DNA from: Saccharofermentanales bacterium
GTDB taxonomy: Bacteria > Bacillota > Clostridia > Saccharofermentanales > DTU023
Length of the DNA stretch: 64,000 nt
Reading direction: 5' to 3'
Assembly (NCBI GenBank): GCA_050945515.1
Contig: JBMNTB010000001.1
Coordinates: forward strand, 87,504-151,503
The translations under genes and the position numbers were made by a program. Shown in pieces: positions 17,939-26,690 of this stretch. Numbering within the stretch: the stretch's first letter is position 1; each line of letters starts with the position of its first letter. Under the pieces are notes generated by a model that searched no databases, was not told where the DNA came from, and saw only the letters and a list, made by a program, of their open reading frames with translations.

Positions 17939-20458
17939 ATGGCAAATTCGCCTGATAAAAATAACCACTACACTGATAAGGAATTCGCGATTGATGAGGC
18001 TTTCCGCAGTCCAGACAATGTGATAGTTCCGGTTCAACTCGAACAGGAAATGAGCAAATCGTTCATCGATTATGCGATGAGCGTTATTACGGACCGGGCT
18101 CTGCCTGATGTGCGCGACGGCCTGAAACCGGTACACCGCAGGATCATCTATTCGATGTTTACGCAGGGCTTCACCCATGACAAACCATATCGCAAATGTG
18201 CGACTACCGTTGGTGATGTGCTGGGCCGCTTCCACCCGCATGGCGATGCGGCTGTCTATGATGCTTTGGTCAGAATGGCGCAGGATTTCTCCATGCGCGA
18301 ACCGCTGATCGATGGCCACGGCAATTTCGGTTCCCGGGATGGCGACCCGCCGGCAGCCTATCGTTATACGGAGGCTCGCCTGACCAGACTGTCCAGTGAG
18401 ATGATGGCCAATATCAACCGCGATACGGTTGATTTCCAGCCCAATTATGATGAACATACCGAAGAACCCGTAGTCCTGCCGGCTTCTTTCCCCAATTTGC
18501 TGGTCAACGGCTCGTCCGGCATTGCGGTCGGTATGACGACCAATATCCCGCCCCATAATCTGGGTGAGATTATCGACGGCACGGTTCTGCTGCTCGATGA
18601 TCCGGGCGCTGATACGGCAGATTTGATGGAAGTTGTGCCGGGCCCCGATTTCCCGACCGGGGGCAGAATTATGGGCATATCCGGTATCAGGCAAGCCTAC
18701 GAAACAGGGCGCGGACGCATTGTCGTCCAAGCCCATGCCGAGGTTGAGGAAATGCGCGGCGGCCGGCAAAGAATCCTGGTACACGATCTGCCCTATATGG
18801 TCAATAAGGCCCGCTTGATCGAACGGATTGCCGAGCTGGTCAAAGAGAAGCGGATCGATGGTATCTCAGATATCCGCGATGAATCGGATCGTCATGATGC
18901 CGTTCGTATTGTGATTGAACTGAAGCGCGACGCCACACCGCTGGTCGTGCTGAACCAACTATATCATCACACTCAAATGCAGGATGCCTTCAATACCAAT
19001 ATGCTGGCATTGATTCCCAGCGATGACGGCAAGTTCGTCCCTCAGATGCTGAGTCTGAAAGAAGCTCTGACCCAATATATCAACCACCATAAGGAAGTAC
19101 TAACCCGTCGGACGCGCTACGACCTGGCTAAGGCGGAGGACAGACGTCATATCGTCGAAGGACTGCAACTGGCGATCGACAAAATCGATCAAGTAATAAA
19201 TATCATCCGCTCATCCGCCAGTGAAGAAGTGGCCAAAACCAGATTATCCGAGCACTTCGGCCTGACAGAGAAACAGTCTCAGAGCATTGTCGATATGAGA
19301 CTGGGGCGCCTGTCCGGTCTGGAGCGCGACAAATTGCAGACGGAACATGACGAGCTGGATGAAAAAATATCGCTCTATAACAGAATTTTGACGGATGAAC
19401 AGCTATTGACCGCTACGGTCAAGGATGAGCTCCTTGAAATCAAAAAGCGCTATGCCAACCCACGCCGGACAGAAATCGACCCTGTCGGCGGCTTTGAGAT
19501 CGATGACGAATCTCTGATCGAAGAAGAGCAGGTTGTAATCACCATGACGAACGCCGGCTATGTCAAGCGCCTGCCCGTCGATACCTACCGTTCACAACGG
19601 CGCGGCGGCCGCGGCATTACCGGTCTGCAGACCAGAGAAGAAGATGTAGTTTGCCAGATTATCACGACTTCGACGCATCAGACATTGCTCTTCTTCACGA
19701 CCAAGGGTAAAGTCTATCGCCTCAGAGGCTACCAGATTCCGGAGGCCTCGCGCACAGCCAGAGGTACGGCGATCGTGAATCTCCTGCAACTGGAGCCTGA
19801 GGAAAAGATCTACGGCATAGTGCCGATCGACGATGAGGCGGAAGAAGGCAGCCTGATCATGGCCACGCGCGAAGGTCTGGTCAAAAAGACACAACTGTCC
19901 GATTATGCTAATATCCGTCGTTCCGGTCTGATTGCGATCAAATTGCGCGACGAAGATGAGCTGGTCGGAGTTAAATTGACCGGCGACGAGCACGATATCA
20001 TTCTAGTCACCAAAAACGGCATGGCGATTCGCTTTGATGAAGCTGATGTCAGAGATACCGGGCGCAACACAATGGGCGTCAAGGGTATCACTTTGGATCC
20101 GGGCGACGAGGTTATCAGTATGGTCTCGGCCGATGAAAACCGGACTCTGCTGGTCATATCGGAGAAGGGTTTCGGCAAGCGCACCAGGCTGTCCGATTAT
20201 CGCAAACAGAATAGAGGCGGCAAAGGCCTGATTACCTACCGTACCACCAAGAAGACAGGCAAATTGGTCAGCGCCATGCTGGTTGACGGCGATATCGACA
20301 TCTTGCTGATCAATGACTCCGGTATTGTGATCCGCATCAAAACAGAGGAGATTCCGGTACTCTCCCGTAATACCAGCGGTGTCACCCTGATGAGAGCTGC
20401 TGACAGCAGTGTTGTCAGCGTGGCCCCGATTACGGACGAAGACGAAGAAGACAGTTAA
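17939..20458 (+). CDS. gyrA: DNA gyrase subunit A
   Basis: 839-aa [19 protein letters not shown], the catalytic-Tyr region [18 protein letters not shown], and an acidic C-terminal tail. Confidence 0.98.
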   Translation: MANSPDKNNHYTDKEFAIDEAFRSPDNVIVPVQLEQEMSKSFIDYAMSVITDRALPDVRDGLKPVHRRIIYSMFTQGFTHDKPYRKCATTVGDVLGRFHPHGDAAVYDALVRMAQDFSMREPLIDGHGNFGSRDGDPPAAYRYTEARLTRLSSEMMANINRDTVDFQPNYDEHTEEPVVLPASFPNLLVNGSSGIAVGMTTNIPPHNLGEIIDGTVLLLDDPGADTADLMEVVPGPDFPTGGRIMGISGIRQAYETGRGRIVVQAHAEVEEMRGGRQRILVHDLPYMVNKARLIERIAELVKEKRIDGISDIRDESDRHDAVRIVIELKRDATPLVVLNQLYHHTQMQDAFNTNMLALIPSDDGKFVPQMLSLKEALTQYINHHKEVLTRRTRYDLAKAEDRRHIVEGLQLAIDKIDQVINIIRSSASEEVAKTRLSEHFGLTEKQSQSIVDMRLGRLSGLERDKLQTEHDELDEKISLYNRILTDEQLLTATVKDELLEIKKRYANPRRTEIDPVGGFEIDDESLIEEEQVVITMTNAGYVKRLPVDTYRSQRRGGRGITGLQTREEDVVCQIITTSTHQTLLFFTTKGKVYRLRGYQIPEASRTARGTAIVNLLQLEPEEKIYGIVPIDDEAEEGSLIMATREGLVKKTQLSDYANIRRSGLIAIKLRDEDELVGVKLTGDEHDIILVTKNGMAIRFDEADVRDTGRNTMGVKGITLDPGDEVISMVSADENRTLLVISEKGFGKRTRLSDYRKQNRGGKGLITYRTTKKTGKLVSAMLVDGDIDILLINDSGIVIRIKTEEIPVLSRNTSGVTLMRAADSSVVSVAPITDEDEEDS

Positions 20459-20484
20459 AAGGAAAGAAGAAGGAGAAACTTGAA

Positions 20485-21660
20485 ATGCTGAATTTTGATT
20501 TTTATAGTCCGACCTATTTCGCGTTTGGCCGTGGGACGGAAGCCAGAACCGGTGAACTGGCTTTGCGTTTCGGCGGCACGAGGGGACTGGTTCATTATGG
20601 TTCCGGTTCAGTGATTAGGAGCGGCCTGCTGGACAGAGTCCGCCGGTCTCTGACAGAAGCCGGGGTTTATTTCACAGAGCTGGGCGGGGTTGTGCCCAAT
20701 CCGCGAGCTTCTTTGGTCTATGAGGGTATTGAGATCTGTCGCCGGGAGAAACTGGACTTTGTGCTTGGTGTCGGCGGCGGCAGTTCGGTGGATTCCGCCA
20801 AGGCGATTGCGCTGGGTGTGCCTTATGAGGGAGATTTCTGGGATTTCTACTGCGGTTTGGCTGTGCCGGAAATAGCGTTGCCGATCGGCAGCATTGTGAC
20901 TTTAGCCGCTACAGGAACCGAAGGCTCCAACTCATCCGTTATATCCAATGATCTGTGTGGCAATCTCAAATGCGGTGTCAATAGCGATCTGGTGCGACCG
21001 CTGTTTTCGATTCTGAATCCGGAGCTGACATTCACAGTTCCTAAATATCATACTGCCTGTGGGGCAACGGATATCCTATCTCATATCATTGAACGCTACT
21101 TCACAAATACCACGGGAGTCGAGTTAACCGACCGTCTGGCTGAGGCGGTTTTCCCTCGCGTGATGGAAGCTGCACGAGTAGCTTTGCAAAATCCGGAGGA
21201 CTATGAGGCGCGGGCGGACCTGCTCTGGTGCGGTACGCTGGCCCATAATAATATCCTCGGCACCGGACGTCAACAGGACTGGAGCAGTCACCGCATCGAG
21301 CATGCTTTGTCCGCTGAATTTGATGTAGCTCATGGTGCCGGTCTGGCCGTAGTAATTCCGAATTTTCTGACCTATACACTGGAACATGATCCGGCTCGCT
21401 TTGCACGTTTTGCGACCAGGATGTTCGGCCTTGAACCTGAGGGCAAAACTGAGTTGGAACTGGGTCGGTCGGGAATTGAGGCTTTCCGGGCTTTCCTGGA
21501 CGAGATCGGTATGCCGAAGACACTGGGTGATCTCGGTATTGGCCGAGAGCATATTCCGCAGCTTCTCCGCGCGGTAGTACCGAACAATGGCGATCTTGTG
21601 GGCTATTTCCAGCCTCTGACGGAACAGGATGTCACCAAAATCTTTGAACTTTGTCTGTAA
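20485..21660 (+). CDS. Iron-containing (group III) alcohol dehydrogenase, butanol dehydrogenase/YqhD-like
   Basis: 391-aa ORF. GVGGGSSVDSAK motif and His-rich metal site (..WSSHRIEHALSAEFDVAHGAGLA..). Confidence 0.85.
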   Translation: MLNFDFYSPTYFAFGRGTEARTGELALRFGGTRGLVHYGSGSVIRSGLLDRVRRSLTEAGVYFTELGGVVPNPRASLVYEGIEICRREKLDFVLGVGGGSSVDSAKAIALGVPYEGDFWDFYCGLAVPEIALPIGSIVTLAATGTEGSNSSVISNDLCGNLKCGVNSDLVRPLFSILNPELTFTVPKYHTACGATDILSHIIERYFTNTTGVELTDRLAEAVFPRVMEAARVALQNPEDYEARADLLWCGTLAHNNILGTGRQQDWSSHRIEHALSAEFDVAHGAGLAVVIPNFLTYTLEHDPARFARFATRMFGLEPEGKTELELGRSGIEAFRAFLDEIGMPKTLGDLGIGREHIPQLLRAVVPNNGDLVGYFQPLTEQDVTKIFELCL

Positions 21661-21748
21661 GATCATGGTACTCTAAATGAATAGCTGCCCGGTCGGTCAC
21701 GAGCTGACGGACAGACCGGGCAGATTTTTTCTCCGGAGGATTAATATT

Positions 21749-23614
21749 ATGTTTAAGCTAAATAATTCTGTTCTAAGCAGGCATCGGTTAGCCGCGACTA
21801 ATCAGAACGACGGCAGACAGATTAAACTCCGTTCCGAAGTCGATATTGCGGAGACCTGGGATCTAACTACGATCTATGCGGATGCGGCAACTTGGGAGAG
21901 CGAATTTGTCGCAGTTGCAAAAGACATCCCGCTCCTACGGAATTATCAGCAAAAACTGCATACTTCAGCTGCTGTTCTCAGTGAATTCCTGCGGCTGGGG
22001 GAGAGTATCGGGGAGCGAGTGACTAAGCTCTATGTCTATGCGCATCTGAAGAGCGATGAAGATACGGGTAATTCAGATTTCAGCGGTCTCCACCTGCGGG
22101 CGCTCCAGCTCTTTACCCAATTTGAGACAGCTATTTCCTGGGCAGAGCCGGAGATAGCACAAATCTCCGAAGAAAAACTGATTATCTTTCTGTCTGAAGA
22201 TCCCGAGATTGCAGCCAGGCGCCATTATTTGGAGAATATCCTGCGGAAGAAACCGCATCAGCTATCTGTTCCGGAGGAAATGCTCCTGGCCAAAGCCGGC
22301 GAGATCTTCAACAATCCCTCTATGAGCTTTACGGTGCTGAATGATGCTGACCTTAGATTTCCTATGATCACCGATGAGACCGGAGAAAAAGTAGAGCTAA
22401 CGCACGGACGCTACGGGAAATTTTTAGAGAGCCGTAACCGCCGGGTTCGCCGCGAGGCTTTTCAGAATCTGTATCGAGTCTATGACCAGTTTCAAAACAT
22501 CAATGCCTCGCTGCTGGCGGGCAATGTCAATGTGCAAAATTTTGTAGCTGAGGTCAGGAACTTCCCCAGTGCCAGAGCCGCCGCTCTGTTTGAGAATGCT
22601 ATTTCCGAGGATGTATACGACAATCTGGTGGCAACAGTCAACCGCAATTTGCCGCTCCTGCACCGCTATATTGCTTTGCGCAAACAAGTCCTGGGCCTGG
22701 AGGAGCTTCATTCCTACGATCTCTATGTATCCTTAATCGAGGGTATTGATATCAAGTACAGTTTTGAGGAAGCGCAGGAGATAATTGTAGCTGCGCTGTC
22801 ACCCCTGGGCTCGGAATATGTGGAGATTGTGAGGCGTGCTTTCCGTGAACGCTGGATTGATCGCGCCGATAACAAAGGTAAACGCTCCGGTGCCTATTCC
22901 AGCGGTACCTACGGTACCAATCCATTTATTCTACTCAACTGGCAAGGCACTTTGGACAATCTGTTTACCCTGATTCATGAGCTGGGCCATAGTGTGCACT
23001 CCTGGTATTCGAGAAATAGCCAGCCCTTTATCTATTCCGGTTATTCCATCTTCCTGGCTGAGATTGCCTCAACTATGAATGAAAATCTTTTGACCGACTA
23101 TCTGCTGACACAGACAGAGGATGACAAACTGTGCCAAACCGTGATCAATCATTACCTCGACGGCTTCAAAGGCACAGTCTTCAGACAAACCCAGTTTGCA
23201 GAATTTGAACATCTGATCTATACCGCCGCAGCTGCCGGCACTCCTCTGACCAGCGCCTTCCTGACCGAGCAATATGGCGAAATGAATAAACGCTATTATG
23301 GTGACAATCTGACCTTTGATCCTGAGATTGCCCTGGAATGGGCCAGAATTCCCCATTTCTACCTGAACTATTATGTCTATCAATATGCCACCGGCTTCTC
23401 TGCCGCCACTGCATTTGCCCATATGGTTAAGACCGAGGGGCAACCGGCCGTGGAACGCTATCTGCAATTTCTCAAAGCAGGCAACTCAGATTACCCCCTG
23501 GCCGTACTCAAGAAAGCCGGCCTGGATATGTCCGAGGTCAAACCGATTGAAGATGCTTTCGCAGTCTTTGCCTCTTATCTGGAGCAAATGGAACAACTGC
23601 TTTTGCCCGAGTAA
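21749..23614 (+). CDS. pepF: Oligoendopeptidase F (M3B metallopeptidase)
   Basis: ORF 21677..23614. The ATG at 21749 follows GGAGGA by 9 nt. Zinc motif HELGHSVH and typical PepF length. Confidence 0.9.
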   Translation: MFKLNNSVLSRHRLAATNQNDGRQIKLRSEVDIAETWDLTTIYADAATWESEFVAVAKDIPLLRNYQQKLHTSAAVLSEFLRLGESIGERVTKLYVYAHLKSDEDTGNSDFSGLHLRALQLFTQFETAISWAEPEIAQISEEKLIIFLSEDPEIAARRHYLENILRKKPHQLSVPEEMLLAKAGEIFNNPSMSFTVLNDADLRFPMITDETGEKVELTHGRYGKFLESRNRRVRREAFQNLYRVYDQFQNINASLLAGNVNVQNFVAEVRNFPSARAAALFENAISEDVYDNLVATVNRNLPLLHRYIALRKQVLGLEELHSYDLYVSLIEGIDIKYSFEEAQEIIVAALSPLGSEYVEIVRRAFRERWIDRADNKGKRSGAYSSGTYGTNPFILLNWQGTLDNLFTLIHELGHSVHSWYSRNSQPFIYSGYSIFLAEIASTMNENLLTDYLLTQTEDDKLCQTVINHYLDGFKGTVFRQTQFAEFEHLIYTAAAAGTPLTSAFLTEQYGEMNKRYYGDNLTFDPEIALEWARIPHFYLNYYVYQYATGFSAATAFAHMVKTEGQPAVERYLQFLKAGNSDYPLAVLKKAGLDMSEVKPIEDAFAVFASYLEQMEQLLLPE

Positions 23615-23724
23615 TAAAATCGGCAGCACCAACATCATATAAGAAGACTTAGACGAGACTTAAACGCCGTATTACTGCTGCTACCTGCACAGTGCAGAAT
23701 AATAGCTCAGCAGGGTGAAAAAAG

Positions 23725-23753
23725 TTGACTTGAATTTAAAGCTCTGATATTAT
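23725..23753 (+). promoter_or_regulatory. Candidate sigma-A promoter of the tRNA-Asp/tRNA-Phe unit
   Basis: TTGACT (23725-23730), 17-nt spacer, TATTAT (23748-23753), about 35 nt upstream of tRNA-Asp. Confidence 0.55.
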
Positions 23754-23787
23754 AGCTAAGCACTTGCGATAGGCATTGCAGTGTTCT

Positions 23788-23864
23788 GGCGCAGTAGTTC
23801 AGTTGGTTAGAATGCCAGCCTGTCACGCTGGAGGTCGTGGGTTCGAGCCCCATCTGCGTCGCCA
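23788..23864 (+). tRNA. tRNA-Asp (GTC)
   Basis: Hand-folded cloverleaf: acceptor GGCGCAG/CTGCGTC, D-stem GTTC/GAAT, anticodon stem CCAGC/GCTGG with loop CTGTCAC, T-arm GTGGG-TTCGAGC-CCCAT, encoded CCA. Confidence 0.95.
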
Positions 23865-23891
23865 AATCGCCGGTCATTAGACCGGCGATTT
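23865..23891 (+). other. Perfect 11-bp hairpin between the two tRNAs (processing site or weak terminator)
   Basis: AATCGCCGGTC-ATTA-GACCGGCGATT followed by TATT. It fills the whole spacer. Confidence 0.4.
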
Positions 23892-23894
23892 ATT

Positions 23895-23970
23895 GCCCAG
23901 ATAGCTCAGTCGGTAGAGCAGTGGACTGAAAATCCACGTGTCGTTGGTTCGATTCCGACTCTGGGCACCA
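23895..23970 (+). tRNA. tRNA-Phe (GAA)
   Basis: Acceptor GCCCAGA/TCTGGGC, D-arm GCTC-AGTCGGTA-GAGC, anticodon stem GTGGA/TCCAC with loop CTGAAAA, T-arm GTTGG-TTCGATT-CCGAC, encoded CCA. Confidence 0.95.
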
Positions 23971-23971
23971 A

Positions 23972-24016
23972 GAAAACCGCTGACGTTTTGACATTTCAGC
24001 GGTTTTCGCTTTTTTA
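23972..24016 (+). terminator. Intrinsic terminator after tRNA-Phe
   Basis: GAAAACCGCTGA ... TCAGCGGTTTTC (12-bp stem) followed by GCTTTTTT. Confidence 0.75.
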
Positions 24017-24103
24017 TCCAAGTGACCGTTTTTCCCAGACGCAACGTAACTATTTTAATTTAACAGATCACAGTAATCTTTACAGCCGGTTTTTTGGGCA
24101 TGG

Positions 24104-24307
24104 TTAGTTGCTGGGATTTTTGTCCTGATATTCCTCTGCCATTTTCTCGCTGGCTACAGCGATTTTGTTCTTTATGTCTTGTTGTTGAATTTCTTCTTGT
24201 TGATTATTTTGTTCTGCTTGTTTTCTGTTTATTATTTTCTGCCTGTGAGCATTTATGGCCATCTGAGCAGCTGCAAATATTAGAAATACTAGGATAAGAT
24301 AAATCAT
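24104..24307 (-). CDS. Hypothetical small membrane-anchored protein with a Gln/Glu-rich tail
   Basis: 67-aa ORF with one N-terminal hydrophobic helix (MIYLILVFLIFAAAQMAI) and a polar Q/E/K-rich tail. A mirror ORF on the + strand (24094..24297) makes the coding strand uncertain. Confidence 0.3.
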   Translation of the reverse strand: MIYLILVFLIFAAAQMAINAHRQKIINRKQAEQNNQQEEIQQQDIKNKIAVASEKMAEEYQDKNPSN

Positions 24308-24407
24308 TTGAAAAAAATTCCTCTCTTCTTATGCGCTGTTTTTTGTCATCTGCTAATAATCTTTGCTAGCTTCCCGGGGGAAATAGCGACATATGTCATT
24401 GAGATAG

Positions 24408-25586
24408 CTAACGATAGACTATCCTGTCCCGTCCCTCTCGTTTGGCACGGTAGAGGTTTTTGTCCGCGGCTTCTATAAAGCCAGAGTAAGAGATCCCCTT
24501 GACATAACTACTGAGTCCGCCTGAAATTGTGACCGGCTTACCATGGGTCCAGCCATGTGTCCTTATATAATCGGCAAGCGCCCGCACTTTGGGCAGTGCT
24601 TCCCTCGGGGTTTTGCCTGGAAACAGAACTACAAATTCTTCGCCGCCATATCGACCGAAAATCTCTCCTCCTGTCAGACTGGCCTTCATGATCTGAGCAA
24701 TATTGAACAGGACTTCGTCACCATAATCGTGCCCGTAAGTGTCGTTTATTACTTTAAAATGGTCAATGTCCAGGATGCAAAGCGTCAAGTGCGCGCCTGT
24801 GTCGTAGGCCTGGCGCATTTCCTCGTCTATGCTCGCTGATAGGAAGCGGCGATTATATAAGCCGGTCAGGGCATCGGTCAGCGAGAGGATCTCCAAGCGA
24901 TGCACCAAGCGCGTCTTTTCATCCCGCACCCTCACATATTGCCCCATCACCGTGTAAACTAAAATAGTATTGACCATGAAACTCATGGTCAGACCGAACG
25001 CCATATCTGAATACTGGTCGAAACGGGTGGCATACGGTATGACAATATCCGGGAAACGGTATTCCAGCGCAATAAAGGCAACCAACATGATCGTGTCAGC
25101 GACTAGCATAACGGTGCGTAATGCTCCTTTGAAAACGATAGCTATACATATGCCGGCCGTGAACATCATAGGTGGGGTGGAGCCGGTCACACCACCGATT
25201 GTGAACCATAGAAAAGGAATTAATATAAACGCGGAGGAGCCCAAGACAATCACTGCAGCTCCGTACCAACGATTTTTGACTATACTATATAAAACACATG
25301 AAACGGTTGACACGAGGTACAACGAGAGTACCGGTAACGTAAATATGCCTAAGTCATTTGCAATATTATAACCGAGTCCGAATATGGCCATAAAGATACC
25401 GGCGAAAGCAGTGTACAAAAATACAAGGTGATCCAGCGGCAACTCTTTATAGTAAACTTGTTTAAGCGTTCTTTTGAGCAAACTCATTGTTGTTTGCTTA
25501 GAGGTGTTTTCCCCTTTATCTTCTATTTTTTTAAAGTCATTTTGCATTACCACCATATCCTCCTTGTCAGTACTACTTGGATCCAA
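24408..25586 (-). CDS. Membrane-bound diguanylate cyclase (multi-TM N-terminal domain + GGDEF)
   Basis: 392-aa ORF with about 6 hydrophobic helices, then LTDALTGLYNRR, active-site GGEEF (RYGGEEFVVLF), and a C-terminal DKNLYRAKREGRDR. No RxxD I-site is visible 5 residues upstream of GGEEF. Confidence 0.85.
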   Translation of the reverse strand: MDPSSTDKEDMVVMQNDFKKIEDKGENTSKQTTMSLLKRTLKQVYYKELPLDHLVFLYTAFAGIFMAIFGLGYNIANDLGIFTLPVLSLYLVSTVSCVLYSIVKNRWYGAAVIVLGSSAFILIPFLWFTIGGVTGSTPPMMFTAGICIAIVFKGALRTVMLVADTIMLVAFIALEYRFPDIVIPYATRFDQYSDMAFGLTMSFMVNTILVYTVMGQYVRVRDEKTRLVHRLEILSLTDALTGLYNRRFLSASIDEEMRQAYDTGAHLTLCILDIDHFKVINDTYGHDYGDEVLFNIAQIMKASLTGGEIFGRYGGEEFVVLFPGKTPREALPKVRALADYIRTHGWTHGKPVTISGGLSSYVKGISYSGFIEAADKNLYRAKREGRDRIVYR

Positions 25587-25829
25587 AAAAGGGGATCAAT
25601 TTCCAGTGGTTATCAGCGTATTCTTTATGGCTGTTTCAAAACAGCCTACACTACCATATTATACTCATTCCCGTCAAAAGATACATTACGAACTATTTGT
25701 TTCGGTGGCAGGACCGTGTTTTTAGATAAAACTACCCTAATTTATAGTTAATTATTTTAAACTATAGTTTATAATTAAGGATAGAAAATAAAGAGTCTGG
25801 ATTAAGGATTGGAAAGGAGGTTTGACGCT

Positions 25830-26687
25830 ATGAAAAAAGCGATTAAGGTTCTTATTATCCTACTGGTGATATCGTTTATACCGCTTGCAGTGCAAGCACA
25901 ACCTGGTTCACAACCGCATCCCGATCCCTATAGTGGTGATTTAAGCAATTATGACGGCAAATGGATTATCGATGGGAAAACGGAGCAGGACACGAATTGG
26001 ACGCTGGAAATATCCGGCGATAAGTATCATTTACACAATGAATACAATGACTATAAGGGCGATATCCTCTTTACGCCCGGAAATGAAAAATTAGATACAC
26101 CTGATACCTTGTGGCTGGATTTTGATCCTGACGTCCAAATTGAAGTAGTGCTTATCAATCAAGCCGGTGGTCTGATCGATATTTCCGGACAGGGTCTGTA
26201 TTTTGTCAAGCCCGGCAATCGTATCGAATTTGATGAAGTGGAGGAATGGGAAAACTACTCAAAAGAGGACATGGTCGGCGATTGGGTCCTGGATTCACTG
26301 TGGGCAATTATTGTTCAATTAGATTTTTATCTGGAATTAACTAACGAGGATATCATGCAGGGAAGCATAACAGGGGATGATCGTCTTATTTTGAGCTTTG
26401 ATAACGGAATTTTGTACGAAGTCTCCGAAAAGTTGGAAATTCGCGTTCCGATCACCCGTTACAGATATTGTGGCCGCTACATTTATTTTGAAAACCCGAA
26501 TCCGATCGAACCTGTTGCTTACAAATTCTTGGCACATATTGTGCCTGATAGTAGTGACTTAGGTGACGCAGGACAGTTGATCATCAGTCCTTCTCCCATA
26601 CCGGATATGGATGACGGTCTCGAATTAATCATGTTTCTGACCTTTTCACGCATCACAAGTGTTGATCAGACAGAAGGGAGTGAATAA
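25830..26687 (+). CDS. Hypothetical secreted protein
   Basis: ORF 25809..26687. The ATG at 25830 follows GGAGG by 8 nt. Signal peptide MKKAIKVLIILLVISFIPLAVQA. No motif recognised. Confidence 0.6.
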   Translation: MKKAIKVLIILLVISFIPLAVQAQPGSQPHPDPYSGDLSNYDGKWIIDGKTEQDTNWTLEISGDKYHLHNEYNDYKGDILFTPGNEKLDTPDTLWLDFDPDVQIEVVLINQAGGLIDISGQGLYFVKPGNRIEFDEVEEWENYSKEDMVGDWVLDSLWAIIVQLDFYLELTNEDIMQGSITGDDRLILSFDNGILYEVSEKLEIRVPITRYRYCGRYIYFENPNPIEPVAYKFLAHIVPDSSDLGDAGQLIISPSPIPDMDDGLELIMFLTFSRITSVDQTEGSE

Positions 26688-26690
26688 TCA

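Noticed and set aside
17891-18784. 297-aa ORF antisense to the 5' part of gyrA
   Set aside because: gyrA on the + strand is unambiguous. The antisense frame is an Arg/His/Ile-rich shadow ORF with no motifs.
21677-21748. Upstream-extended starts in the ORF track for pepF. The same applies to leuS (38885), the 25809 ORF, the EamA gene (45665), the SBP (46637), the permease (48643) and the hydrolase (49493).
   Set aside because: In each case an internal ATG or GTG with a proper SD, or a stop-start overlap, gives the family-typical N-terminus or signal peptide.
24094-24297. T-rich, repeat-looking stretch after the tRNAs; considered as a CRISPR/minisatellite or a + strand ORF
   Set aside because: There is no regular repeat-spacer periodicity. 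The skew is explained by a Q/E/K-rich small ORF on the minus strand. The + strand ORF is its mirror image.
25735-25790. AT-rich palindrome TATAGTT-N9-AACTATA upstream of the secreted-protein gene
   Set aside because: It could be an operator overlapping a TATAAT. However, short AT palindromes are expected by chance in such AT-rich spacers, and I have no second copy or regulator gene to tie it to.
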